A stretch of 64,000 nucleotides of DNA from Macrostomum lignano (lineage: Eukaryota). Of this stretch, positions 38,599 through 50,917 are shown piece after piece; position 1 is the first letter of the stretch, and the number at the start of each line of letters is the position of its first letter. The notes beneath the pieces were generated by a model, which worked only from the letters and a program-made list of their open reading frames with translations, was not told where the DNA came from and did no database searches. The position numbers and the translations under genes are program-made. The DNA lies in NCBI GenBank assembly GCA_002269645.1, contig NIVC01002637.1, positions 13,804-77,803 on the forward strand, in the 5' to 3' direction.

Positions 38599-39642
38599 TC
38601 AGGCAAGGCTGCCGCGGCGACCTGCTGCTGACTCCGACGCCACAGAACATCCAGATCGGAGCCGCTGACTGCCACCAACTGGTGCGGCGACCGGCTGAGC
38701 CGGCGGCTGCCGCTGAGTTCGCCGCCGACAACAGTTGCCGATTCGGTGTGATGCCGGCGGCGCGGCTGCGGCTGCTGCTTTGGACCGGCGACTCTGAGGA
38801 GGGTTGGGCAGCGCGGAGAGGGACGCTAATGATTTTTGGGTCTCTCGAGAGAAGAGAAAGAGGAGGGGAGAGGAGAGGAGAGGAGAGGAGAGGAGAGGAG
38901 AGGAGAGGAGAGGAGAGGAGAGAAGAGGAGAGGAGAGGAGAGGAGAGAAGAGGAGAGGAGGGGAGAGAAGAAGAGAGGAGGGGAGAGGAGGAGGGGAGAG
39001 GAGAGAAGAGGAGAGGAGAAAAGAGGAGAGGAGAGGAGAGGAGAGGAGAGGAGAGGAGAGGAGAGGAGAGGAGAGGAGAGGAGAGGAGAGGAGAGGAGAG
39101 GAGAGGAGGGGAGAGAAGAGGAGAGGAGGGGAGAGGAGGAGGGGAGAGGAGAGAAGAGGAGAGGAGAAAAGAGGAGAGGAGAGGAGAGGAGAGGAGAGGA
39201 GAGGAGAGGAGAGAAGAGGAGAGGAGAGGGGAGGAGAGGAGAGAAGAGGAGAGGAGAGGAGAGGGCAGGAAAGGAGAGGAGAGGAGGAGAGGAGAGGAGA
39301 TCTAACTAGTCAATCAATTCATGTCCGAGCATAACACCAACGATCGACTCCATAGCCGATTGAATGAGTTGAGGCATGACTCAAAACTCATGGAGCCGAA
39401 AATAAAAAAGAATGGGACAGTGGACAGACAGAATCCAGAGCATATCTTTACCTTACAGGTTGTTGTTGTTGCTGTTGTTTTTGCTGCTGCTGCTTCTGTT
39501 TTTGCTGTTGCTGCTGCTGTAGCAGTTGATGAGGCATCGGAGGCTGGCAGTGTCGATGCTGCATCGGCTGCTGCGGAGGCTTCAGGCAACTGTGACGGAG
39601 CGAACTCGACTGTAGAAATTGATCACTGCGCAGCTGCTGTCT

Positions 39643-39679
<37 letters not shown>

Positions 39680-40572
39680 TGCTGCTGCTGCTGCTGCAAC
39701 TGTTTGCGACTCTCCGCCTCCCGCTGAGGCCGCGGTGGCTCGACAGTCGGAGGAGGTGCAGCCCCAACCGCCGTCTGCAGGGCCCGAATCTGGCCGGCCA
39801 CGCGGCTGCAGGCCCGCAGCTGGCGGAGCAGGTCGGCGCCACTGGCGCTGAGCTCGCGCTGGAAGAAGCAGCGGAGGTCGGGTGAGCACTGCTCAAGTGG
39901 AGGGAAATGATACTTCGAACTCGTAGCCATTCTAGAGCCAATTAATTTGCACAAAATCCCATTAATCCTTGGATAGTTGGCTTGGTTCCGATTCCGGCGC
40001 TTCCTCTCTGCACTACTTGTAGTAATCGACCTTCAAATGTCTTTCTGAAATTACGGAAGCCAAATGTACATAAAATACGACCTTTGACGATATTGACAGA
40101 AGTAAGACTTTAAAACTTTATTTACTGAGTGGCTTCTTTGCCCTTAAGCTTTTGTCTGTCTACATGTATTGGTTACTGCAACTTTCTCTGATGGAGAATG
40201 CTTTTGGGAGCATATATGCCTTTTCTTTGGTCTGGAGCAAGCTACAACACAGAATGCCTACTTTTGCATTTTTACTGCGTTCTCTAAATAACTGCAGGAC
40301 AGCATGTCCTAAAGGAATAAACTCTGAGAATTCCAATTTTAAAAAAACCCGGCAGCACGCACCTTCTGCTCCATCAGCCAGGCTAAATTAGCTTCAATCC
40401 GAGCCAGTTGCTTCCTTCCAGCATCCCGCGTCATTGCCTCGTCAATGACAGGTCCCGAAGCCGCCGCCCGCTTCACCTCCAGCAGGCTGTCAATGCAGGT
40501 GTCAACGCAGCAGGACAGGCAGTCGTCCGGCTGCACCGATGGTGAAGCGGTTTCTTGTTCGACAGTCTCCAT
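38599..40572 (-). CDS. Uncharacterised Q/P-rich protein (3 predicted exons)
   Basis: Exons 40572-40363 and 39888-39457 are phase 0 with GT-AG sites. The last exon from ~38793 has an ambiguous frame (CAGAG tandem acceptor). No recognisable domain. Confidence 0.45.
38848..39300. repeat. (GAGAG)n purine pentamer microsatellite
   Basis: About 450 bp of almost pure purines. Confidence 0.98.
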
Positions 40573-41451
40573 GCTGCTACTGTATCTGTCTGTGTCTTAA
40601 CTATAGGGAAACAGCGTATTTAGTAAGCAGAGCCACTTGCCCAGCCATTAATAATATCTGCAAGTGCGCAATTGCGGAAGTGAACGAGAGAGTAGGGCCG
40701 CAATTCCCCCCAATGGCCAGCGCAAACTGTAAAAGAAGCAATTAGCTGAGCTGAAGGCTGAGGCAAAACAGACACAAAGCTCCCGAAGCTTCTGTTGGCC
40801 TTTTTTGCCGCCTCCCCACCCCAAGCAGATATGAGATTCCATTGCATTGTGCAGCCAAATCCCTGGCCGGTAGAAGAGCGAAATGCTTCGCTTCTCTTCG
40901 GTGAGAAACGAGAGGAGAGAGGGAGATTAAAAGTGCGGATTAAAGTCCTTCAGCTGACGCAATTGCAGTTGACTGTAAATTCCGAGGCAGTCAAATGTAC
41001 AGCCTTGACAATTAATTTAGCCTTGCTCAAGTGTACCTAGTGGCCGTTGCACTGCAGTTGATGAGAATACCGCGTGTAAGCAATCGAAATTTCAATGCTG
41101 TCTCATTCACTATTGTAGCTGCTCAATATGTACGTATACTGAGTCGAATGTCGCATTAAAATATAAGACAAGAGCATTTTGCACCGAGCGAACTGTCTGA
41201 AAATGTCTATCAAAGCTAAATATTGATTATATAGATAACTGATTCCCACTACCACACTACACTACTAGCTTGTTTACACTAATAGTTTACACACAGCCTA
41301 TAGTGTAATAGCTTACGCTAATAGCTTACGTACACTAATCCTAATAGGGTTCGAATTTCGAGAGTGTAAATGTTGTTTTTATTAAAAGTTCTTCATGTAA
41401 AGAAGTCAGAAAAGAAGAAAACATAAAAGAATTTTCATGTCAAACATAAAA

Positions 41452-41930
41452 TTGCTGAGATGTCAAGGCTGACGGGGGAATTGCTGAGATGTCAAGGCTG
41501 ACGGGGGGAATTGCTGAGATGTCAAGGCTGACGGGGGGAATTGCTGAGATGTCAAGGCTGACGGGGGGAATTGCTGAGATGTCAAGGCTGACGGGGGAAT
41601 TGCTGAGATGTCAAGGCTGACGGGGGAATTGCTGAGATGTCAAGGCTGACGGGGGGAATTGCTGAGATGTCAAGGCTGACGGGGGGAATTGCTGAGATGT
41701 CAAGGCTGACGGGGGAATTGCTGAGATGTCAAGGCTGACGGGGGGAATTGCTGAGATGTCAAGGCTGACGGGGGGAATTGCTGAGATGTCAAGGCTGACG
41801 GGGGGGAATTGCTGAGATGTCAAGGCTGACGGGGGGGAATTGCTGAGATGTCAAGGCTGACGGGGGGGGAATTGCTGAGATGTCAAGACTGACGGGGGGG
41901 GGAATTGCTGAGATGTCAAGGCTTACGGGA
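41452..41930. repeat. ~30-bp minisatellite with variable G-run
   Basis: TTGCTGAGATGTCAAGGCTGACG(n)AA, about 16 copies. Confidence 0.95.
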
Positions 41931-42910
41931 GGCGCTGTTTGCTTCGAGTAGTTAGTTTACACCAATCGCTTACACTAATAATCTCGCTCTCACAAATGCA
42001 TGATAAATAGACACATTTCATCATTCCCAGCCTTTGCCAATGGCACGTTCGCTCGTAGTCCTCTAATGAGAACGGGCAACCTGAATGCCTCAGTAGCTAT
42101 GCAGTTAACACGAGTCCCACCCTTGCGTCACAGCCTCAGGCCACCCTAATTTGGTGTTGGGGCTTGTCGCGCGGTTAACAACCCATGGCACAGACGGGGT
42201 ACATGATGTGTCTGTGCGTGCTGAGGGGTCAGCAAATCTGGGTCCCCACTCGAAGGCTCTTCAGGCTGGTGATCAAGGACAAATACGAGTATATTATCCA
42301 CTATACTAAAAATAAAAAATCTTCTTAAAGGAATACTTGCTTGTTTGCTGATAATTTGGCGAGAAAAAAGAAACTAGGAGAAATCTCGTGGAGATGTCTG
42401 CACTGTAAATAAAAAGTAGCCGAAAAAGTAGCCTGAAGGGTGCCGGTTGTAAGTAGCCGGATAGGTGCCGAAAGTGTCCAATTTTCGGCGCCTTTTTCAA
42501 TATTAGGGTGCCGCAAGCGGCTAATTCTAGGCTTTAAAAAGTGCCGCATGCAGCCACTTTTAGGTTAAAAAAGTAACCGCTTGTGACACTTTTTTGTAGA
42601 AAAGGGCGCCGAAAATTAGACACTTTCGGCACCTATCCGACTAATTACAACCGGCACCCTTTAGGCCACTTTTTGATGATTAAAATATGGCCCTTCCAAG
42701 AACTTACTCCTTCAATATCCTGAGCGTTTCAACTAACCAGCTTTCTTTCGGTCATTTGATGTATGTAGTTGGTTAGTTAGTTAATAATAGTGAAAAAAAA
42801 TCATTCAGTGGCAAATCTTGAGTGCATAATTTTTAAGGTTTGAAAAAAATAATGTAATTTTGAAGTTAAGCATATATTTAAAATTAGACACTGTTTTCAG
42901 CAAATTGGGT

Positions 42911-43975
42911 TAGCTAGTAGCATGAAAAATTGCACAGAGAGCATGTTTAGCACCTTAAAAGAGTCAAGCAATGAAAATAAGAAATAGTACTTTAATTTTA
43001 GTCAGTGAACAACAAGGTTTAGCTAGTAGCATGAAAAATTGCACAGAGAGCATGTTTAGCACCTTAAAAGAGTCAAGCAATGAAAATAAGAAATAGTACT
43101 TTAATTTTAGTCAGTGAACAACAAGGCTTAGCTAGTAGCATGAAAAATTGCACAGAGAGCATGTTTAGCACCTTAAAAGAGTCAAGCAATGAAAATAAGA
43201 AATAGTACTTTAATTTTAGTCAGTGAACAACAAGGTTTAGCTAGTAGCATGAAAAATTGCACAGAGAGCATGTTTAGCACCTTAAAAGAGTCAAGCAATG
43301 AAAATAAGAAATAGTACTTTAATTTTAGTCAGTGAACAACAAGGTTTAGCTAGTAGCATGAAAATTGCACAGAGAGCATGTTTAGCACCTTAAAAGAGTC
43401 AAGCAATGAAAATAAGAAATAGTACTTTAATTTTAGTCAGTGAACAACAAGGTTTAGCTAGTAGCATGAAAAATTGCACAGAGAGCATGTTTAGCACCTT
43501 AAAAGAGTCAAGCAATGAAAATAAGAAATAGTACTTTAATTTTAGTCAGTGAACAACAAGGTTTAGCTAGTAGCATGAAAAATTGCACAGAGAGCATGTT
43601 TAGCACCTTAAAAGAGTCAAGCAATGAAAATAAGAAATAGTACTTTAATTTTAGTCAGTGAACAACAAGGTTTAGCTAGTAGCATGAAAAATTGCACAGA
43701 GAGCATGTTTAGCACCTTAAAAGAGTCAAGCAATGAAAATAAGAAATAGTACTTTAATTTTAGTCAGTGAACAACAAGGTTTAGCTAGTAGCATGAAAAA
43801 TTGCACAGAGAGCATGTTTAGCACCTTAAAAGAGTCAAGCAATGAAAATAAGAAATAGTACTTTAATTTTAGTCAGTGAACAACAAGGTTTAGCTAGTAG
43901 CATGAAAAATTGCACAGAGAGCATGTTTAGCACCTTAAAAGAGTCAAGCAATGAAAATAAGAAATAGTACTTTTG
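42911..43975. repeat. 109-bp near-perfect tandem array (~10 copies) inside the EnSpm element
   Basis: Unit starts at 42911, 43020, 43129 and so on. Confidence 0.97.
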
Positions 43976-44142
43976 ATTTTGATTGATAATCAGTTGCTTT
44001 CAGTCCTTGTCAGTCAAGAAATTATTTTTATAGTAGAATATGTATTTACCTAATGAATTTTTGCATACATTATTCTATGAAAGCAACCTGCTATCAATCA
44101 CATGATCAGTCACAGGTTCAAAAGTCCTTCATTCAGTCACCT

Positions 44143-45825
44143 TCACGGAAGAATTCGTGAAACATTTTTCACGGTGGCATTGCGGGTCCGCTTGGGGTTT
44201 CGAAGTCCCATGAAAATTTCAATTAGTTGAACTGCATTCTCAGTTTGGCAGTCATGCTTAAGATTTAGTGCCGGAAACACGAGTACATAAACTAAAATTG
44301 CTTCCAGTGCGGTGTCAGTTTTCACCAGATGGCCAGGCACAGCAACACCAGTCCAACGAGCATCGAAGTTCTCAGCCTGAATGCTGACAAGGCGCTTAGC
44401 ATTGAAGAAGCCATCCAAAGACACAACTTTTGCTTTGATTGACAGCAGCATTAGGCCTCTTTTGACATTTGTATCAGAGTCATCACTGGACTCAAGATAG
44501 GGCCCGGCACGCTTGCACCTAGCAAACAAAGATGCACTGCGACCAAACCAAAGCAATAGAAATTTTAGGCGCTCAAATAAATATTCAACAGATGTGCTTG
44601 ACTGTGGCAAGTAGTCACTGGACTTGGCAGAGGTGTACAACTCAATGACGCGGAGTGCCTCATCACACAAAAGTTGAGGATGGCCCAACAATGGGTAACG
44701 TGACAGTTGCTGAGCAACTGTCATGTACTGAGCAGCTTGCACACGGTGTTGGAAAGTTGTCTTCATCAGCTCAGATGCCGTCCCAATAGGAACAGTTAAC
44801 TCGCCATTTGTAATCATCTCCTGCATTGCTGATTCAGTTGCATCACCATCCAGAGTCCCTTCTGGCCCATGATCTTCTATCATTGATGCCAGATCACTAG
44901 CTCGAACTTCGGACTCATCATCATCATTGTTGTCATCGTCCTTATCATTGTCACTACTTTCAGATTGGCCAGCAGAAGGCAAATTTTCTTCAGCAGATTC
45001 AGGATCCAATTGAGGTGGCCGGCGGCGCTTAGATCCAGAGGCACAAGCCTCACCTTGTGATTCAGTGGCAGCAGCAGCATCAGAGCTTTTCCTCCCAAAC
45101 TTTTCACGCATCTCCAAAATTTTTGGTGGCAGGTCAGAAGAATTGGTAAATGTGGTTTCACGCCAATTCCTGATGCGACGCCGAATTCCAATCCGCCAGA
45201 AGGTATGACCAAGTCCACCTTTGACAGGATTCCACCGTTCTGCATCAGCAAGATTAGGAAACTGTCCAACAATTGCACTTGAAAAGACTTTCATCTCTTT
45301 TGAGCTTAAGTGTGGTTTTGTTGCATTGATGTACTTTGTTGTGATGTCATTCATAATTGGCCTGAGCAGTGCATTCACAAAACCTTGATCATTCTTCAAT
45401 ACAGCAGCCTTCTCTTTTGTGTTTGCCTGGCTTATTTTCTGAACAAATGTCTCTGGATAGCTAGGCAGCTCATAAGTGGCAGGGACTTCTTGGACTTGAA
45501 CCTGTGAACTACTGGAAGTGTTTTCCTTATCAGGTCCCATTTCCTTGGAAACTGTTGATGGCTCAGGCTCTACATTTGAGGCTTTAAAAAGGAAGACCTG
45601 GCTGCTTGGATTATCGGCAGTGATTGCTTTCCAAGTGTCAGAATCTGCAATTTCGAAGCCATCCTCTGTGCAAACAAGTGGGCTTGGCACATTGCTGATT
45701 CCTAGGGCTGTACATCCAGCAGTTACAAAATTGTCAAAGTCAGAATTTTGCAGGTTGATCAGAACTTTCTTCTCCTTTCCAACTGCAGAAATTTTGTACA
45801 ATGGCATGAATTCAGCTGCGGGCAT
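44143..45825 (-). CDS. EnSpm ORF2 accessory protein, 560 aa, N-terminal CIDE-N/ubiquitin-like module, SAMD3-like C-terminus
   Basis: Uninterrupted ORF within the TIRs. KV..NL...DFDNFVTAGCTALGI...LVCTEDGFEIADSD resembles CIDE-N (LVLEEDGT.V..ED). Confidence 0.75.
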   Translation of the reverse strand: MPAAEFMPLYKISAVGKEKKVLINLQNSDFDNFVTAGCTALGISNVPSPLVCTEDGFEIADSDTWKAITADNPSSQVFLFKASNVEPEPSTVSKEMGPDKENTSSSSQVQVQEVPATYELPSYPETFVQKISQANTKEKAAVLKNDQGFVNALLRPIMNDITTKYINATKPHLSSKEMKVFSSAIVGQFPNLADAERWNPVKGGLGHTFWRIGIRRRIRNWRETTFTNSSDLPPKILEMREKFGRKSSDAAAATESQGEACASGSKRRRPPQLDPESAEENLPSAGQSESSDNDKDDDNNDDDESEVRASDLASMIEDHGPEGTLDGDATESAMQEMITNGELTVPIGTASELMKTTFQHRVQAAQYMTVAQQLSRYPLLGHPQLLCDEALRVIELYTSAKSSDYLPQSSTSVEYLFERLKFLLLWFGRSASLFARCKRAGPYLESSDDSDTNVKRGLMLLSIKAKVVSLDGFFNAKRLVSIQAENFDARWTGVAVPGHLVKTDTALEAILVYVLVFPALNLKHDCQTENAVQLIEIFMGLRNPKRTRNATVKNVSRILP

Positions 45826-46061
45826 TAATAATAAAATTTTGAAGTGATTAATTTCAGAGTTCAGACATTACTTAGACATTGGACATTAAGTAGACATTAT
45901 ATTGAAACAATAGTCTTAGGTCTTTCTTAGGAATTGTGGCCAGCAGTTTTTTAAGATTTTTCTTATAACAAATTCATAATCTTGCTATATATCAAAACCA
46001 TGATTCAATGCATATTCTTTTTCCACATTTAAAAACATAGTTTTAAGATTATGGACACTGA

Positions 46062-48686
46062 TTAGAAGGGCAAAAAGGAAGATAAAATAGCATAGTGTTT
46101 ACCTGCAATTATGTCTACAAATACTGGTGGATGGAGAAATTTGTGTACTGGATCAATAATATTAACTTGTGATGTTGGTTTACAATAAAAAGTAAAGTAT
46201 GATGGCAAAAAAATGGAATTGTAATTTTTTGTTACCAAAAGCCACTTGCCCTTAATGCATATAATTTTAAAAAGTGATGATAGGGTTAGATCATAGCAAT
46301 CATCAAAGTCTTGATGTTTACTTTGAAAAATAATCATTGACTTGTACTTAGTTGGAGCTTTAAACTCTAATGACCCTATTTTTAAACTACTTGCTACAAT
46401 ACAATCCTTAGGCATATCATTTATACTAGGCAACTGCAAATAACTAGCAATGGTTTCGATTGTTTGAAAATCAAAAAGATTAACAAGTGATACTTGCTGT
46501 AAATTTGAAGCCAATGGAACATCAAATTCAACAGTAGACATTGTAATAGCTTGATGCAGTTGAAACCTTTGTGCTGCTGTTGCACATACATTTTTAAAGC
46601 AACGTACTATAGGTATTATTTTTTTAAAGTACTGATGGATTGACTCAAATCTCATTGTCCATGCTACTTTCAATCCATTATACATAGGGATTAGGTCTGG
46701 ATAATGCAACATATAATGGAGTTTACATTTTTTTGATAATTGATTGTTTGATACTTTGTATATTAGGTTATTATGTTCATTTATTAAGGTAGCAATATAG
46801 TCTGAATTGTGTTCTTCTTCATCTAAAGTTGATAATAAAATGGCCAGAACTTCACAATGTATTAATAGAAGATTCATGATATCATACTTAATTGGATTAT
46901 TACTGGAAAGAACATAAGGCCCAAAATATAGAGGCATTCGATGGATAATGTGAATCATATCTGCTGCACAGAATGGCAATCTATTATTGTTGATGTGTGC
47001 TGGCAAAAGAGAAGGCATTGAGACAGGGAAAAGTTTGAAAAGCCTTTTGATATTATCAAAATTTAGGATTTTGTGCCTTAATAAGAATTTAATAGCAAGA
47101 CAAGCAACGAAGTGTGATGTACCTTCTAGTAAATCATGAAAAAAATCTGGGGGGAAAAAGTAAGGCATGGTAACATATCCAAGACCATTGAATGGACAGT
47201 TTTGCTTAATTCCAGTTTGAATGCTAATGTCCCAGCTATCATCTCTACTTAAGTCATCATGCTTAGTTAGACAAAAATCAATGTCAGTAGCCTTTGCAAT
47301 ACAAAATCTACATGCTTGGCCTGATACAAAATTTGTCCCAAGTCCAACAAGTGAATTAATTGATAGGTTGTCACCAGTACATAAACATGCAATAACTGGA
47401 ACATTTATTTTTTCCCCATTTAAAGCTTCAAATGTAATTCCATAGTCATACAGATTATTCAATTCTTCAATCAAAGGAGAATATAGCTCTTCAAGGTTGA
47501 GGATATTATCTTGAATAATTTTATATTTTACTAAGCAAGCTAAAAAGAAACACTTTTCTTGAGATGCAATTTCCTTTGGCAGATTTAAAATTCGATAGTA
47601 AATTGCATAAATTTTATGCTTACACCTAGCTTTACCAATTGGGTTTGCCACTTCAAATTCATCTGTATATAGTGCAAGATAAATAGCATCTTTAGGGTCA
47701 TTTTCAATTAATGGTTTGATATAATTTTCAAAGTATGGACTAGAAAAGAAAGGTGATTTTTCCTTTAATTCCCCAGTAAAAATCATAGATTGAAAATATT
47801 TATTTTGTAAAACTGAAGAAATATTGCTTTTGATTGGAATATAAACAATACTATTCCTATTAAATAATGGTACTTCAATAGGTTCAACAAATTGATAATG
47901 CCCTTTAATAAAACTTAACAACTGTGAATCACTTTCTAATATTTCAAGGCAAGTATCAAAGAATGATTCTAATTGCAAGAAATCTTGGACCCCTTGGATG
48001 GTTTTATTTGGAATACCTTTTTCTTTCAGGAATTGACAAATGGTTGATAGATATAATATACTAAAGGAAGAAAAAATGCCTTTTACTTGTAAACTTAATG
48101 ACCTTGCTGTACTATTTGGTAAGCTGAAATAATCTCTAGCTTGAAAATAAAACTTTGCCATGTTGCAACCACTGTTTGATTTTAACTTTTCTTTCAATTC
48201 CCATGCAGATGATTCTGGCCTGGCTAGTGCTAACATAGAAACAGGAGGCCTAACTAGGTTTGATAAATCTCTAGACCCTTCTTGGTTTTTAAATTCAGCA
48301 TGTACAAGCTGGTTTTGCTCAATGTCAGTAGGCATATTTATTGTAGAAGATCCAGTCAGTAAGTGTTCATTCATATGCATATCATTGGCACTGGCTTGAT
48401 TGCTAGGACTTATGTCTGTAACATCAAATTGAAATGGCTCAGTTAAGCTTTGACTTAGGATAGTATCACTGTGGAACCTAGAAATATGCTTGATAGTGGC
48501 TTCTTTCGAGGATGAAAATACAAAACAATTCTGTAATGGACACTGAAACTTCAGTTGAATTTCAGCTGACCTAGTGGACAAGAGAGGACAATAATGGCGA
48601 TAATGCTTTAAAAACTGGGATAAAGAAGTGCTCTTACAACCACATTTACATGTGAACATGGACAAGGAGTTATGACTTGCCATCAT
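46062..48686 (-). CDS. EnSpm/CACTA-type DDE transposase, 874 aa
   Basis: N-terminal Cys/His zinc fingers. LYTDEFEVANPIG..HK, GDNL....G....CRFC, DFFHDLLEG, KLHYMLHYP and WTMRFES are typical of animal EnSpm transposases. Confidence 0.9.
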   Translation of the reverse strand: MMASHNSLSMFTCKCGCKSTSLSQFLKHYRHYCPLLSTRSAEIQLKFQCPLQNCFVFSSSKEATIKHISRFHSDTILSQSLTEPFQFDVTDISPSNQASANDMHMNEHLLTGSSTINMPTDIEQNQLVHAEFKNQEGSRDLSNLVRPPVSMLALARPESSAWELKEKLKSNSGCNMAKFYFQARDYFSLPNSTARSLSLQVKGIFSSFSILYLSTICQFLKEKGIPNKTIQGVQDFLQLESFFDTCLEILESDSQLLSFIKGHYQFVEPIEVPLFNRNSIVYIPIKSNISSVLQNKYFQSMIFTGELKEKSPFFSSPYFENYIKPLIENDPKDAIYLALYTDEFEVANPIGKARCKHKIYAIYYRILNLPKEIASQEKCFFLACLVKYKIIQDNILNLEELYSPLIEELNNLYDYGITFEALNGEKINVPVIACLCTGDNLSINSLVGLGTNFVSGQACRFCIAKATDIDFCLTKHDDLSRDDSWDISIQTGIKQNCPFNGLGYVTMPYFFPPDFFHDLLEGTSHFVACLAIKFLLRHKILNFDNIKRLFKLFPVSMPSLLPAHINNNRLPFCAADMIHIIHRMPLYFGPYVLSSNNPIKYDIMNLLLIHCEVLAILLSTLDEEEHNSDYIATLINEHNNLIYKVSNNQLSKKCKLHYMLHYPDLIPMYNGLKVAWTMRFESIHQYFKKIIPIVRCFKNVCATAAQRFQLHQAITMSTVEFDVPLASNLQQVSLVNLFDFQTIETIASYLQLPSINDMPKDCIVASSLKIGSLEFKAPTKYKSMIIFQSKHQDFDDCYDLTLSSLFKIICIKGKWLLVTKNYNSIFLPSYFTFYCKPTSQVNIIDPVHKFLHPPVFVDIIAGKHYAILSSFLPF

Positions 48687-50917
48687 AAAAAAATGAAGCC
48701 AAAGTAAAGCTTAATAGCTTTGGAACTATACAAGTAAAATTCAGGAGCCATTGATTACAGTACAGTACAGGCAAAAATTAAAACGATAAGGATGGCTTAC
48801 TAAATATTAGGACAGAAATAAAAACTATCAGTAGCTAAAATACAAAGTTTCTACAAAGAGCAACGAGACAGTCAGACACTGTTATTCACAAAGAAATAAT
48901 TGTAGCAAGTTAGTTGTCTGAAACTGAAAACGAATATTCGACAAATTTGACAATTAGGAGATTTTAAGCATGCAATAATCACTCTGCTCAAGCAAAAGTG
49001 TTTGATTTTTAAAAAGAAATCATTATAAGAAAACATACAAGCATCTTTTTTCAATTATAAAACTATCAAGCTTCAAGTTATTTATATGCTATTCATAAAG
49101 CACATGCATTTAGATACTTTGCTTTACAGACTTTTGTAAATGAATTCCAATCTTAAGTATAGGTACTTTGTACGTTGTACAACTGGCTACTTTTTAATTA
49201 TGCAGCTCCCATGGCTTTGTCAGGATTCCCTGCGGATTTTTTCAGTATGAAAAATACCTAGCAGGTTGCAGATAATGAAAACTAAATATATGTAACTATT
49301 TTTGAAGTGATTTAAGAAATTCAACAACCGGCTACTAAAGACTATTTTACAACCGGCTACTTCTGCGGCCACTTTTAATTTACAGTGTGGGTTTTGCTAA
49401 AGCAAAAGGCAGTCGTTAAATTAAATAGAGGATCCCGCCCAAAGCAACTATTTCTACAGCAGCTAAACAGCTGGAATCACTGGGGCTGCTGCCTAACCAC
49501 AGCCATCTCTGCTTAACTTACAGCGCTAGATTTGAATGCACTAACGCACTGGACTGGCGACCCGAGCTATAATAGAAATAAATAAGAAATACATAGAGAC
49601 GAACAAGCCAATGTTAACACTGAAACTGGATGACACACAAAGGTCAAAATAGCCTGTTATAATCTCTCTGTATATAATTGTTAAGCTTATGGCGGTTAAA
49701 CAGTTAAACAAATTTATTATTCAAATATACGTGAATAACTTTACAAGAAATGAACAGCTAGGAAGCATTACATAAAAAAGCAACAGAGCACATCGAATAC
49801 TAAGAAAATTTGTAGAGTTAAAACGCGAAAGCTACACAAATGGCGGCACATTGAAGGACAAAGAATCGAACAGCAAAATCCATTGTAACAAATAACTGCA
49901 CAGAACAGCTGAACACATCTAATTGAATAAAGCAGCAACTCCATACGATTGGCGCAGAATATGTGCAAACAAACTACTGACATTAGTAGGCAGTGACCGC
50001 ACTTGCTTTTGGCTTTTTCCCAAGAGTGTTGCAAGCGAAATCGTCCCACATCGCCCAGTCCGCTGACTCCTGAGCTTGGGAGCTGGCCTTCATGGCTGTG
50101 AATCTAATTGGCTCGAGAGCCAGACCGCTGGCTGCTCTGCCCCCCTCCAATAGTGTTAGCAGAATGCCGCAACTGTAATTGTTAAGTCAAGTAAAAACAG
50201 GACCAAAAAGGCACAAACCTGCATTGCAAAGGTGACGGATAAATGATAGAGAAATCTCAACTCAGATTAATATTGGAGCTGGATAAAGAAGTTGGCTGTC
50301 ATGTGAGCGAGTCGCAATATTTACAGAATGTACAAAATCATGTAGTGAGTCAGGCAAGCTTTATTAAAAATGAAATTACAAATTCTGACCAACTGTACAC
50401 ACAGAAAAATTGACAATAAACACAAAAAACTGTGGATTGCTGGATAAGAATAACAAATGAGCAGCAATGAGCAGCGCCAACTGCAGGTAAAAACATATAG
50501 TGGTGCATTGCATTTTCTACATTCGAAATGGGGCTTAATGAGATTAATCTCTGCGAGAGAAGGCAGTTGGTTTTGTTTCCAAACAGATGCACAACAGATC
50601 TAATAGATTTGCCAAGCTCAAGCCACAGTAAATACATACCGATAAGCGATAAAATACTGTCTGTACAAATTCTAAGACTGCTGCTACTATAAGTAGGCAG
50701 CTGAACGAGAGCATTGGCAACGTATAATTTTGGTGATTTAGAATTAGGAGACGAAATCAATTTTAAACTATATATTTACAAACCTACCTGAGCACAGACA
50801 ATGCCCGAGCGGTAGAGAAACAAATTGCGGTTTCCTTCACTTCTTTTGCACGCGAGACTCAAATCCGAGTAATTTTCGAGCAGTCTGAAGAGACACTTTG
50901 CGGACATCAAAATCCTC

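Larger units (their letters stand above)
42401..49387 (-). mobile_element. Full-length EnSpm/CACTA (CMC) DNA transposon, 6987 bp
   Basis: Begins CACTGTAAATAAAAAGTAGCCG and ends CGGCCACTTTTAATTTACAGTG. 2-bp TSD TG (42399-42400, 49388-49389). Subterminal AACCGGCTAC/GTAGCCGG motifs. Two intact ORFs. Confidence 0.92.

Noticed and set aside
38580-39334. ERRGE-repeat ORFs
   Set aside because: (GAGAG)n microsatellite in an intron on the opposite strand.
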